DNA of 64,000 nucleotides from Amoeboaphelidium occidentale (Eukaryota): NCBI GenBank assembly GCA_023515795.1, contig JALGPX010000055.1, positions 1 to 64,000 of the forward strand, read 5' to 3'. Shown piece by piece: positions 43,179 to 54,942 of this stretch (position 1 is its first letter; each line of letters starts with the position of its first letter). The notes under the pieces were generated by a model. It saw only the letters and a program-made list of their open reading frames with translations, ran no database searches and was not told where the DNA came from. The position numbers and the translations under genes were made by a program.

Positions 43179-45512
43179 ATGAGTGAACTTTGGGGCAAAA
43201 TCAAAAGACGGACGCCGTACTACATTCCGATTCTAAAGTGGCTTCCAAAGTATTCCAGAGAGGATCTTCCTGCTGATATAAAATCTTCAGTTGCGTTATC
43301 ATTGTTGCTCATACCACAATCTTTGTCTTATTCTGCTTCTTTGGCACATCTTCCGCCTATTTACGGACTGTACACTTGCTTTACTAGTTTATTTATTTAT
43401 GGGGTATTGGGAACATCGAGGCAATTATCAGTTGGCCCTGAAGCGCTGGTCTCTTTGCTGGTTGGCAATGTGATCAAGAAGCTTGTTGGCGTAGGAGCTG
43501 AAGTTAATGAAAGAGTTCAAGTGGCAACCTTTTTATCGTTAGTCGTAGGCGTTATAACTTTTCTGTTGGGATTTGCTCGTATGGGTTTTATTGATTCTGT
43601 TTTATCGAGAGCTCTTCTGCGTGGCTTTGTGACTGCAGTCGCTGTCGTCATTCTGATAGAACAACTTCCTGCGCTGTTAGGAATTATCGCTGCAGGGTCT
43701 GACCACGGCGGAGAATCGGAAGAAGAACACTTCGAGAGTCCCTTTGTTAAATTTGTCACTGTTCTTCAAGATGTATTCAAAGGGAACTGGAATTGGTTGC
43801 CTCTTTTGATATCCACATTATCCATCTCTTTCTTGGCTTCGTTTTCATATCTCAAGAAGCGAGTTGCAGCGTCTTACTCGGCCGATGAAGTTTATGAAGA
43901 AGATATGGCTAATGCGCACTTGAATGATGAAACTCGGCAGTCTGATGATAACATTGCAGAAAGCGATGATTCACACTTGTTTCCGTCACTAAGAAGACCA
44001 TTATCAAGAAGTCGACAGGATCGTCGAATCCCCTTCTATGTTCAGTTTCTTTTGTCTATTCCGGAGATTCTTATTGTTGTGTTTGTAACGATTATCTTCA
44101 CTTATGCTTTTAAGCTAAACTCAGAACCTTATAATTTGAATATTCTTGGAGATGCTGCATTATCTGGAGGTTTTAGGACTCCTCAAACTCCTAAAATTAC
44201 TGCTGTTCGATTTGAAAGATTACTGACTCCTGCCATTTTGATTTCTATTCTAGGTTTTGTTGAAAGCATTGTTTCTGCAAAGAAGTACGCATTGCTATAC
44301 TGCTACTCTGTATCTGCAAACAGAGAATTAATAGCTTTAGGAAGTATGAACTTGTTAGGGACATTACTCAATTCTTTCCCTGCATTTTCTTCAATAGCAA
44401 GAACAACCGTTAATGGATATGCTAAAACACAGCTTTCGGGTGTGATTACTGGATTAATTGTTCTATTTACTATCCTCTTTGCGTTGCCAATCTTTTACTA
44501 TTTACCTTATTGTGTAATGGCGTCTATTGTTGTTATGGCAGCATCTGCACTGCTTGAGTTCGAAGATATCCACTTTCTTTTCCAAATTAGAGCATGGGGT
44601 GATATATTCTTGATGTCTTTAACTTTTCTTGTGACTATTTTCTGGTCAGTTGAGAGTGGTGTATTAGTTGCTGTCGGATTGTCTTTGCTGATGGTTGTCA
44701 AGCATTCTACTGGAGTCAAAATCTCGATTCTAGGCAAGGTTCTCGAAACTACGAATGCAGAAGAGAACCCTGTAACTGGAACTTCAGGAGAGTCGCCTAT
44801 TGTAAAACAGCAACAAAAGATCAAGTTCAAGCCGATAAATGAAATCTACAGAAACCATGGTGAGATCAGCAAAGACGATATGGAAATCCTTATTGTTCGT
44901 ATCGATGAAGCATTATTCTTTGCAAATACAGGACAGCTAATGGATAGACTACGAAGGGCTGAAGCTTATGGTGGTTGGATGCACGTTCATCCTTCTGAAG
45001 AAGGTGTTCGAGGAACGGCTGGACTTGTTGCTGCAAGACTTAACTTTGGCGAAGCTGAACGTTCTCTTTCCAACCAACAGTTTTCAATTGAAGAGGGTCT
45101 TTCTCGTTTCGAGACTGTTGATAGCACGCCTTTGGCATCTCCCACATCGCATGCGATGCATGTCCTGCCAAGTGAAATCCCTCACTTAAGGGGCGTTATA
45201 TTTGATATCGAAAACATGGCTGTTATTGATGCTACAGCTATTCAAACTCTCCTTGAAATAGTCCAAGAATACAAGGCCCGCGATATCGAAGTGTGTTTTG
45301 TAAAGTTGAGAGATTCTTGTAAACAAGTCTTTCTTAGAAGCGGGATTCTTGGAGAAGTACTAGGAAGCGACAGATTCTTCCGGAAAATAGCGGATGCAGA
45401 GAAGTATCTTAGAGAGAAATGGGAGTTTGAAGATAATCGAGGAAGCAAAATGAGCACAGACTACCGGAAATTTCCGCCACCAACTAGCTTCAGCGCATAT
45501 AACATTATTTGA
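43179..45512 (+). CDS. SLC26/SulP anion transporter with STAS domain
   Basis: YYIPILKWLPKY, IPQSLSY, GTSRQLSVGPEA, NRELIALG, STAS LFFANTGQL...IDATAIQ.L. Confidence 0.93.
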   Translation: MSELWGKIKRRTPYYIPILKWLPKYSREDLPADIKSSVALSLLLIPQSLSYSASLAHLPPIYGLYTCFTSLFIYGVLGTSRQLSVGPEALVSLLVGNVIKKLVGVGAEVNERVQVATFLSLVVGVITFLLGFARMGFIDSVLSRALLRGFVTAVAVVILIEQLPALLGIIAAGSDHGGESEEEHFESPFVKFVTVLQDVFKGNWNWLPLLISTLSISFLASFSYLKKRVAASYSADEVYEEDMANAHLNDETRQSDDNIAESDDSHLFPSLRRPLSRSRQDRRIPFYVQFLLSIPEILIVVFVTIIFTYAFKLNSEPYNLNILGDAALSGGFRTPQTPKITAVRFERLLTPAILISILGFVESIVSAKKYALLYCYSVSANRELIALGSMNLLGTLLNSFPAFSSIARTTVNGYAKTQLSGVITGLIVLFTILFALPIFYYLPYCVMASIVVMAASALLEFEDIHFLFQIRAWGDIFLMSLTFLVTIFWSVESGVLVAVGLSLLMVVKHSTGVKISILGKVLETTNAEENPVTGTSGESPIVKQQQKIKFKPINEIYRNHGEISKDDMEILIVRIDEALFFANTGQLMDRLRRAEAYGGWMHVHPSEEGVRGTAGLVAARLNFGEAERSLSNQQFSIEEGLSRFETVDSTPLASPTSHAMHVLPSEIPHLRGVIFDIENMAVIDATAIQTLLEIVQEYKARDIEVCFVKLRDSCKQVFLRSGILGEVLGSDRFFRKIADAEKYLREKWEFEDNRGSKMSTDYRKFPPPTSFSAYNII

Positions 45513-45518
45513 ACACAT

Positions 45519-46564
45519 TTAAAAATTTATTAGAAATTTAAGGACATCAGATGTTGATAGTACTCCTATTAACCTTTTAGTGGAACCTGTTTCTTTTTCG
45601 ACAATAAAGAATCGCTTGATTATCTCCTTTGAGCTTCGAACACCATCCATAATCATCATTAAGGGCGTATCAGACACACAAACATGCATAGCACTCTCAA
45701 CAGTTCTCCTTTTTGAAATGAAATCAACTATGCTCTTATCCAAATAACCCTCTATGCCTGTCACCATTGTGTCGATAATGTCAATCTTCTCGCAAACATC
45801 CAATAAATGCCCTGACTCGTCTATAATAGGAATTGAGCTGATCTTCTTATCTGCGAATAATTCTAAAACAAATATCAACGGAGTATCAACCTTTACGGAA
45901 ATAACATCGTCGTGCCAAACACCCAAACCCAAATCCTTGATGGACTTTGCCATGATCCTTTCGACATGCACTGCAGCTGAAACATCCCCATGCCCAAAAT
46001 CGAAATTAACCGCAATGAATTTCAGTAGTACATCTCTGTCCATTAGAGACAATAACTCGTGTTCATATATCAGAATGATATTGTGTACACCATGCTGAAC
46101 GAACGCCATGCTTGACTGTAACAAGGAATCATCCGGTTCTAACTTTATAAGCTCCGAAGTAATTTTACTGTTCAAGACGTCTGGATAGCAATTAGCGTAC
46201 AGCTTTCCGTAAAAAATACCTCTGAGGTCTTTGATGTTGCTTGAAGAAATATGCTTCAAAGCACCTTCAACATCATTCTTGTATTTATAATGATAATGTA
46301 TAGCCAAGTTTATAAAATCAGTAGCTGTCAGCATACCAACGATTTGCCTAGAATGGCTGTCCCATAATGTCGCTCCTTGTAAGTCTAAGGATAAGTTACC
46401 TCTTCTTCCACAGAAAGGCTTTGAAACTTACCATTCTGTAACAGAATTTGCAGTGCCTTCTTTAAACTGAGTTCAACGTCAACCACAACCACTTTATTAT
46501 TAACTGGCAGTAAATCGTAACAAGTGTGCTGCTCCAGAAAATCCTTAACAAACGAAACAGCCAT
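45519..46564 (-). CDS. SNF4: AMPK gamma subunit / Snf4 (CBS repeats), divergent; intron 46385-46431
   Basis: FLEQHTCYDLLP...KVVVVD..L..KKAL..L.QN|..ATLWDS...VGMLTATDFIN; LIGVLSTSDVLKF. Confidence 0.82.
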
Positions 46565-46611
46565 CAGAGAAAATGAGATGCTTTTGTTACTACGGATTTA
46601 TTGCTTTTAGT

Positions 46612-47586
46612 TTATTCGTACACAACGGAATCATCAAAGTATTCATCGTCAAAGTGGTACAATCTCACGTAACCTTCTTCAGCTCCGGAAGCAAAGCTAC
46701 GACCAGAAGGATGAAATGCCAAAGTGTTAATAGGCGAGAAATGCGCCTTCATCTTACCAATTTCGTTTTCAAATACGCGGTCATAGAAACAAACTTCGAA
46801 TTTACCTTCTCTTGCAGCAGTTAACGTGACTTCTCTTGCGTCTTGACCACCACCAACGATAACTTGATCAAACAAAGGCGATGAAGCAGCAGAGTTCAGA
46901 GGCCTATCCGATTTATACGTCTTCATAACTTCTAAAGTGGTCGCATCGATGAGCTTAGCTGACGAATCTTTGCTCGATGTCAGAATATACGACTTGTCTG
47001 CAGAGAACTGCATATCTGTGATTGTACCATCGTGAACTTTTACTTGCTGAAGCTTCTTGCCTGTCAATGGATCGAACTTCATAATGGTACCGTCTTCATG
47101 AGCCGTTAGAATGAATTTGTTCAAATTGCCCCATGATGCGATTGTTGCCCTTTCTCCAGGCATAACGATAGACTGTAATGGCGCATCGCTCAAAGTGTCT
47201 CCGGATATACCATAAACATTCAGAAATCCATTGGTGTTCTTTCTTTGTTCTGTGAGTACGCAAACCATCCTTTCCCCAAGAGCATACTCAACCCAACGAG
47301 CAGAAGTCTTGAATCCAAGATCGAATAAGGAAACACCTCTGGAAACATCCCAAAGCTTGACAGATTCGTCTGCGGAGGCGGTCATTAGTCTCTCTGAGCT
47401 AGCGCTGATGCACAGGGAAAATATCGCACCATTGTGTCCGTCAAAAGAGCCTAAACGCTCGCCATTGTGACTGAACCACACATTAGGAGACTTATCACGC
47501 GCAGCTGTAAAAAGCAAATCTCCTTCTCTATTGTATTTGACTAAAGTAAGTGGACGCTCGTGTCCGTGTAATGAATAAGGGCGCAT
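46612..47586 (-). CDS. TIF34: Translation initiation factor eIF3 subunit i (WD40)
   Basis: MRPYSLHGHERPLTLVKYNREGDLLF, GGGQDAREVT, HFSPINTLAFHP.G. Confidence 0.95.
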   Translation of the reverse strand: MRPYSLHGHERPLTLVKYNREGDLLFTAARDKSPNVWFSHNGERLGSFDGHNGAIFSLCISASSERLMTASADESVKLWDVSRGVSLFDLGFKTSARWVEYALGERMVCVLTEQRKNTNGFLNVYGISGDTLSDAPLQSIVMPGERATIASWGNLNKFILTAHEDGTIMKFDPLTGKKLQQVKVHDGTITDMQFSADKSYILTSSKDSSAKLIDATTLEVMKTYKSDRPLNSAASSPLFDQVIVGGGQDAREVTLTAAREGKFEVCFYDRVFENEIGKMKAHFSPINTLAFHPSGRSFASGAEEGYVRLYHFDDEYFDDSVVYE

Positions 47587-47661
47587 TTTGTTCGTAAACG
47601 ATTGTGTACTTGAGCGAAAGAAGATTCTTTGCAAGTGAAAAAGACTTGTTTGACCAAGATT

Positions 47662-50517
47662 CTATAGGGACGACGTTACAACAACGCCTTGGCCATATAT
47701 CAACAGAACAGGTGGTAGGCCTGATATTAAACCATTCTGCCCATAATCTCCTGCATTCGCTGTTAATGCTTCGATAGCATCGATATAATCTTCTTGAGTT
47801 CTAAAACACGAAGGTGTAGGTAAAACAGAAAACACAACACTTGTGTGATGAGGATGAGAATACAGCTTCATGATGCGATTGATTAATCTGCATTGTTCAG
47901 TTGTAGATAGCCGTTCAAAGGCTGTTTTGTAAGGCTCTTGGGTTCTTTGTGTATCAGGGAAAACGCTCAAGTTTTCAGATGAGAAGTAGCCAGAAGAAGG
48001 TGTGAAAACAGACTCGGATGATTCTAAGCTGTCATGGCAATAAAGTGTAAATTCGCCATTTCCACAAGGAGCAACAGTCGGTGTTCGATTTAAACTCTGG
48101 TTTTGGTGATACGTTTCTAGACTTACACAAACAACTTTGGCATTAATTCTCAAATTTTTCAGCAACGACATAACGCGATCAGTCTCTTGGTTCAAATCAC
48201 TGTCTAATTCAACAAGTCGGATAATTCTTAGAGTATGCGATTCTGACCATCGAGGAACCATGCTAAGAATGCAGCCAAGCTGTAGCACCATAGTAAAAGA
48301 GCTCTCACCCTTAGCATTTTGATAAAGAGGGTAAAGATCAATGAATTTCTTCTCTCTTGCATTCGCTGCTTTGTTTGAGAACCATGATCGATTAAGTTTT
48401 GGTGGAATAGATATGGAATCAAATCCGCTGGCGATAGCTACAGACTTTCCCAACAATAATTCCTCTTCTATAATCTTAACCGTATTATGTTCTAGAGCTA
48501 GTTCTCTGCTTGTCCAAGAAAGGAGCAGAATGTTGGGTTTCATTGCGCCGAGTCCAGAATTCATCATGAAACTTCTGCATGCAGTTTGAAGATTCTCAGA
48601 AACGATTATTTCAAAGAATGCTTTAATCCCAAGCTTATCAATTTTCTCTAACCATTCTAGTCTTATACGCTTCTGCTCTTCAATGTTCGATAAAGATATT
48701 TCATATCCTAGAATAGTATATCCAAGGACAAACAAACTCCCCTTCTTCAGGGCGTTTGCGAATTCAATTAGCCCTTCTGATGCCGGAGGTAAATTCGCAA
48801 GCAACAATATCTGTGGTCTCCAGTACTTTACATGTTCTTTCCTTACATCGAGTCTCAGCAAGTATTTCCTGACCTGATGATAAATCAAAGCCTGCTGAAT
48901 ATCACCCCATGATTTCGGTGAAGATACGAAATGAATTGTAATCCAGAGACATACAAAGAACACAGTAGAAACAGAAGCATTCACGGGATTCACAACAAGC
49001 ATACAAACGAAACATCCTACAAAACCCAACAGAGCTGTGCTCCACCTGAAATACTTAAATGTTGGTCTAAAGTTCGGCGCTGAAGAAATTTTCAATAAGA
49101 AACAAGCAAGATTAATAATACCGTACGTCAGCAGCGTGAACATGGTAACCACGGACGCTATTGCATTCAAATCTCCAACAAAGAGAAGTAATTGAGAAGC
49201 AATCCAAATCAAAATAACTGCCAGAATAGGCTCTTCATTAAAATACTTTGCAGAAACTTTAAATGGGGATAAGAATGGCAATATATCGTCTTTGGCCATA
49301 GCTTGAAATATTTTTGCAGATGTAATGAAACCACCAATTATTGAAAATATAGACGTTGAGTAAATCCCAATATCAACTAGCCATGGAACAAGAGCAAAAT
49401 CGTTCAGAACGGTGAAAGATTGTTTTAGAGACGTTTGAGACATTGTGCTGCCAATGAGGAAAGTGAGAACAACGTATGTAATGTAAGTGGTAAGAACTGC
49501 ATAAATCGTTCCTGTTGGTATGGAATGACTAGGTTTGCTGAGATCTCCAGACATTGATGCCCCTGCCAATATTCCAGAGCACGCAGGATAAATTATGCCA
49601 AAAATTGACTGAAAACTCTCGACTGAGTTCCCAGAATATGATAAAGTGTAATTAGAGAACAAGTTTGAATGAAAGGTTTCGCTGCTCCAGCTGGTGTATG
49701 TAATCTTGTTGCTTTCAAAAGGAATTTGAAAGAGAAACGAACCGATAATGGTGGCCACTGAAGTGCAGATAACGATAAACAGTGCAGTGGATGTCCGCGT
49801 ATAGAGATCAGATCCTTTGAAGCATATCAATGCCGAGAGAAGGAGAATTACTGAACTGTAAAGCATTTGGAATCCTGAACCGTCAGGCAATACATGACCC
49901 ACACTCCCGTTTGAAACAGAAAAGTCGCTTAGCAGTTGATCCAAGAAACCAAAAGCATTCATTGAATTTCCCATCATACCACAAAAACATAAAATGAAAC
50001 CAGTGCAGCCTCCGAATTCTACGCCAAGGGAACGAGATATCAGATAATACGGTCCACCTTCTTTAACTTCGCCATTTGTGCTGATTGCCGATACACTGAG
50101 AGTCGTCAATAGAGCAATTCCCATTCCGATAGTAAACATAGCCAAGGTCTCAAGTATACCCGCATGCCCAATACAATAGCCGAGGCGAATGAACAAAATA
50201 ATGCCTGATATCGATAACCAAGTCGGAACAAAAACGCCTGCAAAGGTTCCAAGCCCTTTCTTTGCACCATCATCAGAAGTATCAACAGGCAGTTGTGTGT
50301 ATCTATGGCGCTTGAATAGAAAACTGTATAGCCGATACAACAGGTTGTTAGCAGTCGAAACATGACCGTTGGTTTCCTCAGAGCTATCTTCAGTTGATGA
50401 TATTAGCTCTCTTGGCCGGTTTCTATTGCTCGTCGTAATGAAAGGTAACGCCTTGTTATGTGGAATGTCGTATGAGAGACCTTCATCTTCCTCTACTACA
50501 AAAGTTTCCGGCGTCAT
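47662..50517 (-). CDS. SLC12 cation-chloride cotransporter (Vhc1/SLC12A9-like)
   Basis: LGTFAGVFVPT, SAISTNG.V..GGPYYLISRSLGVEFGG, AGASMSGDL, SAPNFRPTFKYF, HQVRKYLLRLD.RKEHVKYWRPQILL. Confidence 0.93.
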   Translation of the reverse strand: MTPETFVVEEDEGLSYDIPHNKALPFITTSNRNRPRELISSTEDSSEETNGHVSTANNLLYRLYSFLFKRHRYTQLPVDTSDDGAKKGLGTFAGVFVPTWLSISGIILFIRLGYCIGHAGILETLAMFTIGMGIALLTTLSVSAISTNGEVKEGGPYYLISRSLGVEFGGCTGFILCFCGMMGNSMNAFGFLDQLLSDFSVSNGSVGHVLPDGSGFQMLYSSVILLLSALICFKGSDLYTRTSTALFIVICTSVATIIGSFLFQIPFESNKITYTSWSSETFHSNLFSNYTLSYSGNSVESFQSIFGIIYPACSGILAGASMSGDLSKPSHSIPTGTIYAVLTTYITYVVLTFLIGSTMSQTSLKQSFTVLNDFALVPWLVDIGIYSTSIFSIIGGFITSAKIFQAMAKDDILPFLSPFKVSAKYFNEEPILAVILIWIASQLLLFVGDLNAIASVVTMFTLLTYGIINLACFLLKISSAPNFRPTFKYFRWSTALLGFVGCFVCMLVVNPVNASVSTVFFVCLWITIHFVSSPKSWGDIQQALIYHQVRKYLLRLDVRKEHVKYWRPQILLLANLPPASEGLIEFANALKKGSLFVLGYTILGYEISLSNIEEQKRIRLEWLEKIDKLGIKAFFEIIVSENLQTACRSFMMNSGLGAMKPNILLLSWTSRELALEHNTVKIIEEELLLGKSVAIASGFDSISIPPKLNRSWFSNKAANAREKKFIDLYPLYQNAKGESSFTMVLQLGCILSMVPRWSESHTLRIIRLVELDSDLNQETDRVMSLLKNLRINAKVVCVSLETYHQNQSLNRTPTVAPCGNGEFTLYCHDSLESSESVFTPSSGYFSSENLSVFPDTQRTQEPYKTAFERLSTTEQCRLINRIMKLYSHPHHTSVVFSVLPTPSCFRTQEDYIDAIEALTANAGDYGQNGLISGLPPVLLIYGQGVVVTSSL

Positions 50518-50573
50518 GTCAAAAAAGATCTTTTATTTTCGTTAGCTTGTTGTAGAAACGCCTGAGATTTACT

Positions 50574-53500
50574 TCACATGAAGTACATCACTTTTTGTAA
50601 CTCAGGCTTAACTGGAGTCAGCTTTCCTTGTAGGCGCTTTCTTAGCTCCTCTTCTTCTTCCTTTGTCAATTGTTCTCTGCCTTTTCTTCTTCTTCGGTTG
50701 AGACTATCTGCTTGTGGTTCTCCATCAACATCACGCGAGCCTTGGCCTTTTTCTTCTTGTGGAGATGCTCCTGGGAAATAACTTGATCCTTGCTCATAAA
50801 CTGATGGAGTTCCAGGAGTTGATTCTTCTCTTGATGCGACACTTCCTGGTTGAGACATTCCATTGATCTGACCCTTCATGTGATACTTGGCCCTAAATGC
50901 AACCAAGTCAGCGTAGTATGCTGGAGGAACTACACTAACACTTCTCGTGCATCGTGCATAGCCATAACACAAGCGGTTTGTGAGTTCTTGTAAAGTGTCT
51001 GGCGTGAAACTATTTTCATCGTGTAGAACATGATAATGAGTAGGCCTGGATGTTCCCTGTAAACCAGCATGTGAGCACAAATAGAAATCATACTCGTTAG
51101 GATGAGTTATATGTGAGTCAATGACAGTACCAGCAGGGATGTTTCCACTTCTGTCGGCATCTTTTGGATTCATTGCAAAAACTCTTGCGTGATGTCTCTT
51201 TTGAACGACAACATAAGTGATTGTCGGATTATATCCAGACTGTAACTTTTCACAAGCATGTCGTATCGATTTCAATTCAGCGCTAACAACTTCATGAAAC
51301 TGGCTTTCGCTAACACCATCTCTGTAGAATAAAATTCTCTGTGGTGCGATTTGATTGTTCTCAACGTAGAATATTTTCAAAAGCTCTTGCACCATGGATG
51401 ATAATTCGGAAATGACTTCTTTTCTTGGTGGCTGTAAACGTACAGTAGCAGAATAGCGACTAAAGAATTAATACAAGAGGTTGCAAACAATTACCTTGCA
51501 AGTCTATCCAAACTTCCAACCAAAGCACAGACACTTCCTGAAGACTTTGCTTCACCGTGAGCAGGATGAGTCACATCAGCACCAAAGATAATAGTTGGGA
51601 CGTCGCTAACCCAAGGCAAACCAACATCTCCAGGAATGGAAGGGTTCTTAACAATGAATGAGTTGACACCTCCAAGCTTGGCATTGATTTTGAGACAAAC
51701 ATTTGCGCAATATTGCTTCTTAGGCTGGAATGTGTGCTTCACCTGAACACACTGGGTTGGTACTCCAAGAATAGTGTCACCGACTCGTTTAACTTCAGCG
51801 TATAATGGAACACCAGTGTTAGGAAGGATGCAGAGAATCAATTGTGGAAAAGATTGTGTTGATTCTCCAGCGGCTTGCCAAGCTACCTGGATTGTTTGTT
51901 CCACATTCATAGAAGGGTCACCGTATACTGCAGGTGGATGAACATTAGTTATTGTCAAACCAGTATCTTTGCAAGTGTTAATCAATTCTCTTAAGAAATG
52001 GTCAATCTTATGCTGTGGCATCTCTCTTGGAGTTCCAAAACAAACAACAGCCCAAGAGTGCAGAGTAGCAGGTTGAACAACTTTCTTTTCTCTCAAGTTC
52101 CATGAACCTTCTCTAGGAGTTATCAGAGGCTCCCTTGAAGTTGGATGATACTGCAGAGTTGGAGGGTCAAGAATTCTGGCTGGAATCACCATCATTTCTT
52201 CACTAACTTTGACACCAAATGAGCCCAAGAAATCTGCATCAGCTGGATCCAGCAATGGGTTTGAATTTGCCTCTGAATCTCTTGCTCGAGTTTTTTCGCG
52301 ATCAAGCCCAAGTTCTGCAACAGCTTGGGAAATCTTCGTAGCTCTTCTGTCTGGAGTCTGACATGTCAATCTGATCATTTGTGCAGTCTGAGATTCATTC
52401 AACTTTCTTAAATACCTTTGTCCCGGCAAAATATCACAGACTTCCAGTGGAAGGTAAACAATCCTTTGTGGACTTCCGACCTTCAAACAAGGAAGATAAG
52501 GATACTTTAGAATGCAGTTATACTGCTTCTTGAAATATTGTTCGACTGAAATTTCTGAATCTTCAGCAAAGTTTGGCTCTGAGTTGTCTCTTCGCGAAGA
52601 GTTATACTTGAAGAAGGTCATGTCCACAGAAGTTCTTGTGAAGCCAATGATTTTGTACTTTCTCTTTATGTCGCCCGAGTGGTTAACCTGGATTTTTACA
52701 GCTCTTAACAGCCTTTCAAGCTTTTCAATTTCCTTGACTCTTAATGGACTTTTCAGATCATCACTTGATTTCTTTCCAAGGATTTTCACCACGAAGCTCA
52801 ATAGTGGCCCAGGCTCAAAGAATGCTGTAGCACTGACATCGATGTTCATCAACAATCTTCCCTTTGCTGGTCTTACACTTTGATGGAAACCCATCCAGCA
52901 TTCAGCTCCGTCACCAAGGAGTTTTGAATCGCTTCTTGTGAAAAATGATCTTCCAACTGATGTGAGTGTCATTGAAGGTCTGTGTCTCATCAAGACATCA
53001 ATGGCTTGCAGAGCATCATGTGGTGTTGTGCTAGCCTTGCCATGAATGAAGTTCTGGAGATCCTGCATGTCAATTAAACTGGAAAGTTTCAAAACAATAG
53101 TAAACTTTCTCTCGTTCAAATTCCAACTGGAGCCTTTCTGCACATTCAAATCGCTCTCCCTGGACATGCTTATTCCGGATTCACTTGTTGCTTTTAGCTT
53201 CAGGCCAGGATTTTCTTCAGAGAGATATACATCAATTTCAAACAAACCATTCTCTCCAAGGTCGATGGCTATAGGACTGTAAATATACTTTTTCCCATCA
53301 AAAACAGCGGTGATACCGCCGAGCTTCTCTTTTCCATATTTCAGAATGAGCTCTTTGAAAATCTTTCTGTTCATAGATGGAGGAACATCAGGAGTGATCT
53401 TGATTTCGTACTGATAAATAGACTGTCCAGGAAGCGTAATAAATTCAAAGAAGTTTGCTCGAACGCGTATTTGTTTGCCCTTTTTACCTATCTCTGGTCT

Positions 53501-54382
53501 CTCAGGGAATATGCTTTGTTCATCTCCACCAGCAGAAAGTGCAGCAGAGTGAAGACCGCCGTCAGAACCAGAGTAAGAGGATGCAGACGAAGCTTGCGGA
53601 GTATTTCTTCCAATAGTACCAACGTTCCATCTGTCTGAAGTACGTACTGGTGACATTACACGATCATCTGCAGCAACTCTGAGCTGTGTTTGTATAGGAA
53701 GGCCTGAAAATAAGCCGTAAGAACCAGAAGTCGGAGCTTCTAAAGCGCTCATAGGAGCTCGTTGTGGATATACGCTCTCCTGAGCTGTTGCTTGAGGCCT
53801 CTGATCTGACCAAATATGATGAACTCCATCAAGTGGCGCAGCAGTCATTGGACTATTGATTGATGACCCAACACCATACATACTCATAGGATGAGCAGAC
53901 TGAGCGCCTGAAGAATATAAGGATGATCCAAATCCGCCTGCTCCAGCTGAGAATTGAATATTGCCTGTGTTCAGGTGCGATGGTCTTCCAGTAGCAATAG
54001 GAGGCGGTGCAGGCCTTGCTGCAAAAGCCTGTGGAGGCCTAGACAAGCCAGGAGCACCTCTTCGTTGCTGAGGTCTACCTAAAGGACTAGATGGTACATG
54101 TGCAGATCCTGATAAGCTCATAGACCGAAACGAAGCGGATACATCTCCAGCAGATGCTGACGCTCCGACGGGTGAGAATGTCTGGTGTGGAGATCCCGCT
54201 GAGAATGCTTGTGAGTTTGGTGAGAATGCTGATGATCCCTGGTTCAATTGAAATGGTGCGGCTGTAGGATTGAGTGATAGCTTTGATCTTGCACTTTGTG
54301 ATGCTTGCGACTGTGATGGCTTTGAATTACTTCTTGATCTACGATCTTGGTTATTTGAAGTATTATCTTGAGGTGATGACAT
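50574..54382 (-). CDS. Argonaute (N, PAZ, MID, PIWI); intron 51460-51494
   Basis: [86 protein letters not shown]-terminal MYFM. Confidence 0.97.
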
Positions 54383-54942
54383 TGTTATTAATTGATCAGT
54401 ATCTCGAATGAACTAATGAAGCGGAGTGAAGTTGTTAGGCAAAAGTTTAGTTCTAAAAATATCAGAATCCTGTCCCAATTGAGCGGCAACACCATCCACT
54501 CCCAGCTACCTGAAGGAACTCTAACAAGATCCATCAAGGGAACAGGGATGAAAATGCGCCGATAAGCCAAATTACCTGCGATCTGATTTACTTGCAGAAA
54601 ATCTGATGATCCTCGAATTCCTCACTTTGGTGTCATCCGTTCTAACCAATCAGGGAGTCTCGGCTTCGGATCTGTTTCCGGAGATTGTCCGCTAAGATTG
54701 TATCACGTGTGGACATAATAGCGAATGAAGATCAGCATTATATTATTGTCTAGTGGGTCAACCCGTGTACGCAGCGTGGACATCGAGACTGTGATGTCAT
54801 TTCACCACCTTGTTGAAGTTCAGAATCAAACTGTAAGATGGCTATGGAGTATCGAATACAGAAAGGTTCAGTATCATTCATTGGTACCCAGGATTTATTC
54901 ATGTACTAACCATCACGAGTTGATTACAGCTCAGTCAAAACA

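Noticed and set aside
50574..54382. Prokaryotic Argonaute defence system or a split Argonaute
   Set aside because: Typical eukaryotic AGO joined by a 35-nt GT-AG intron, with housekeeping neighbours
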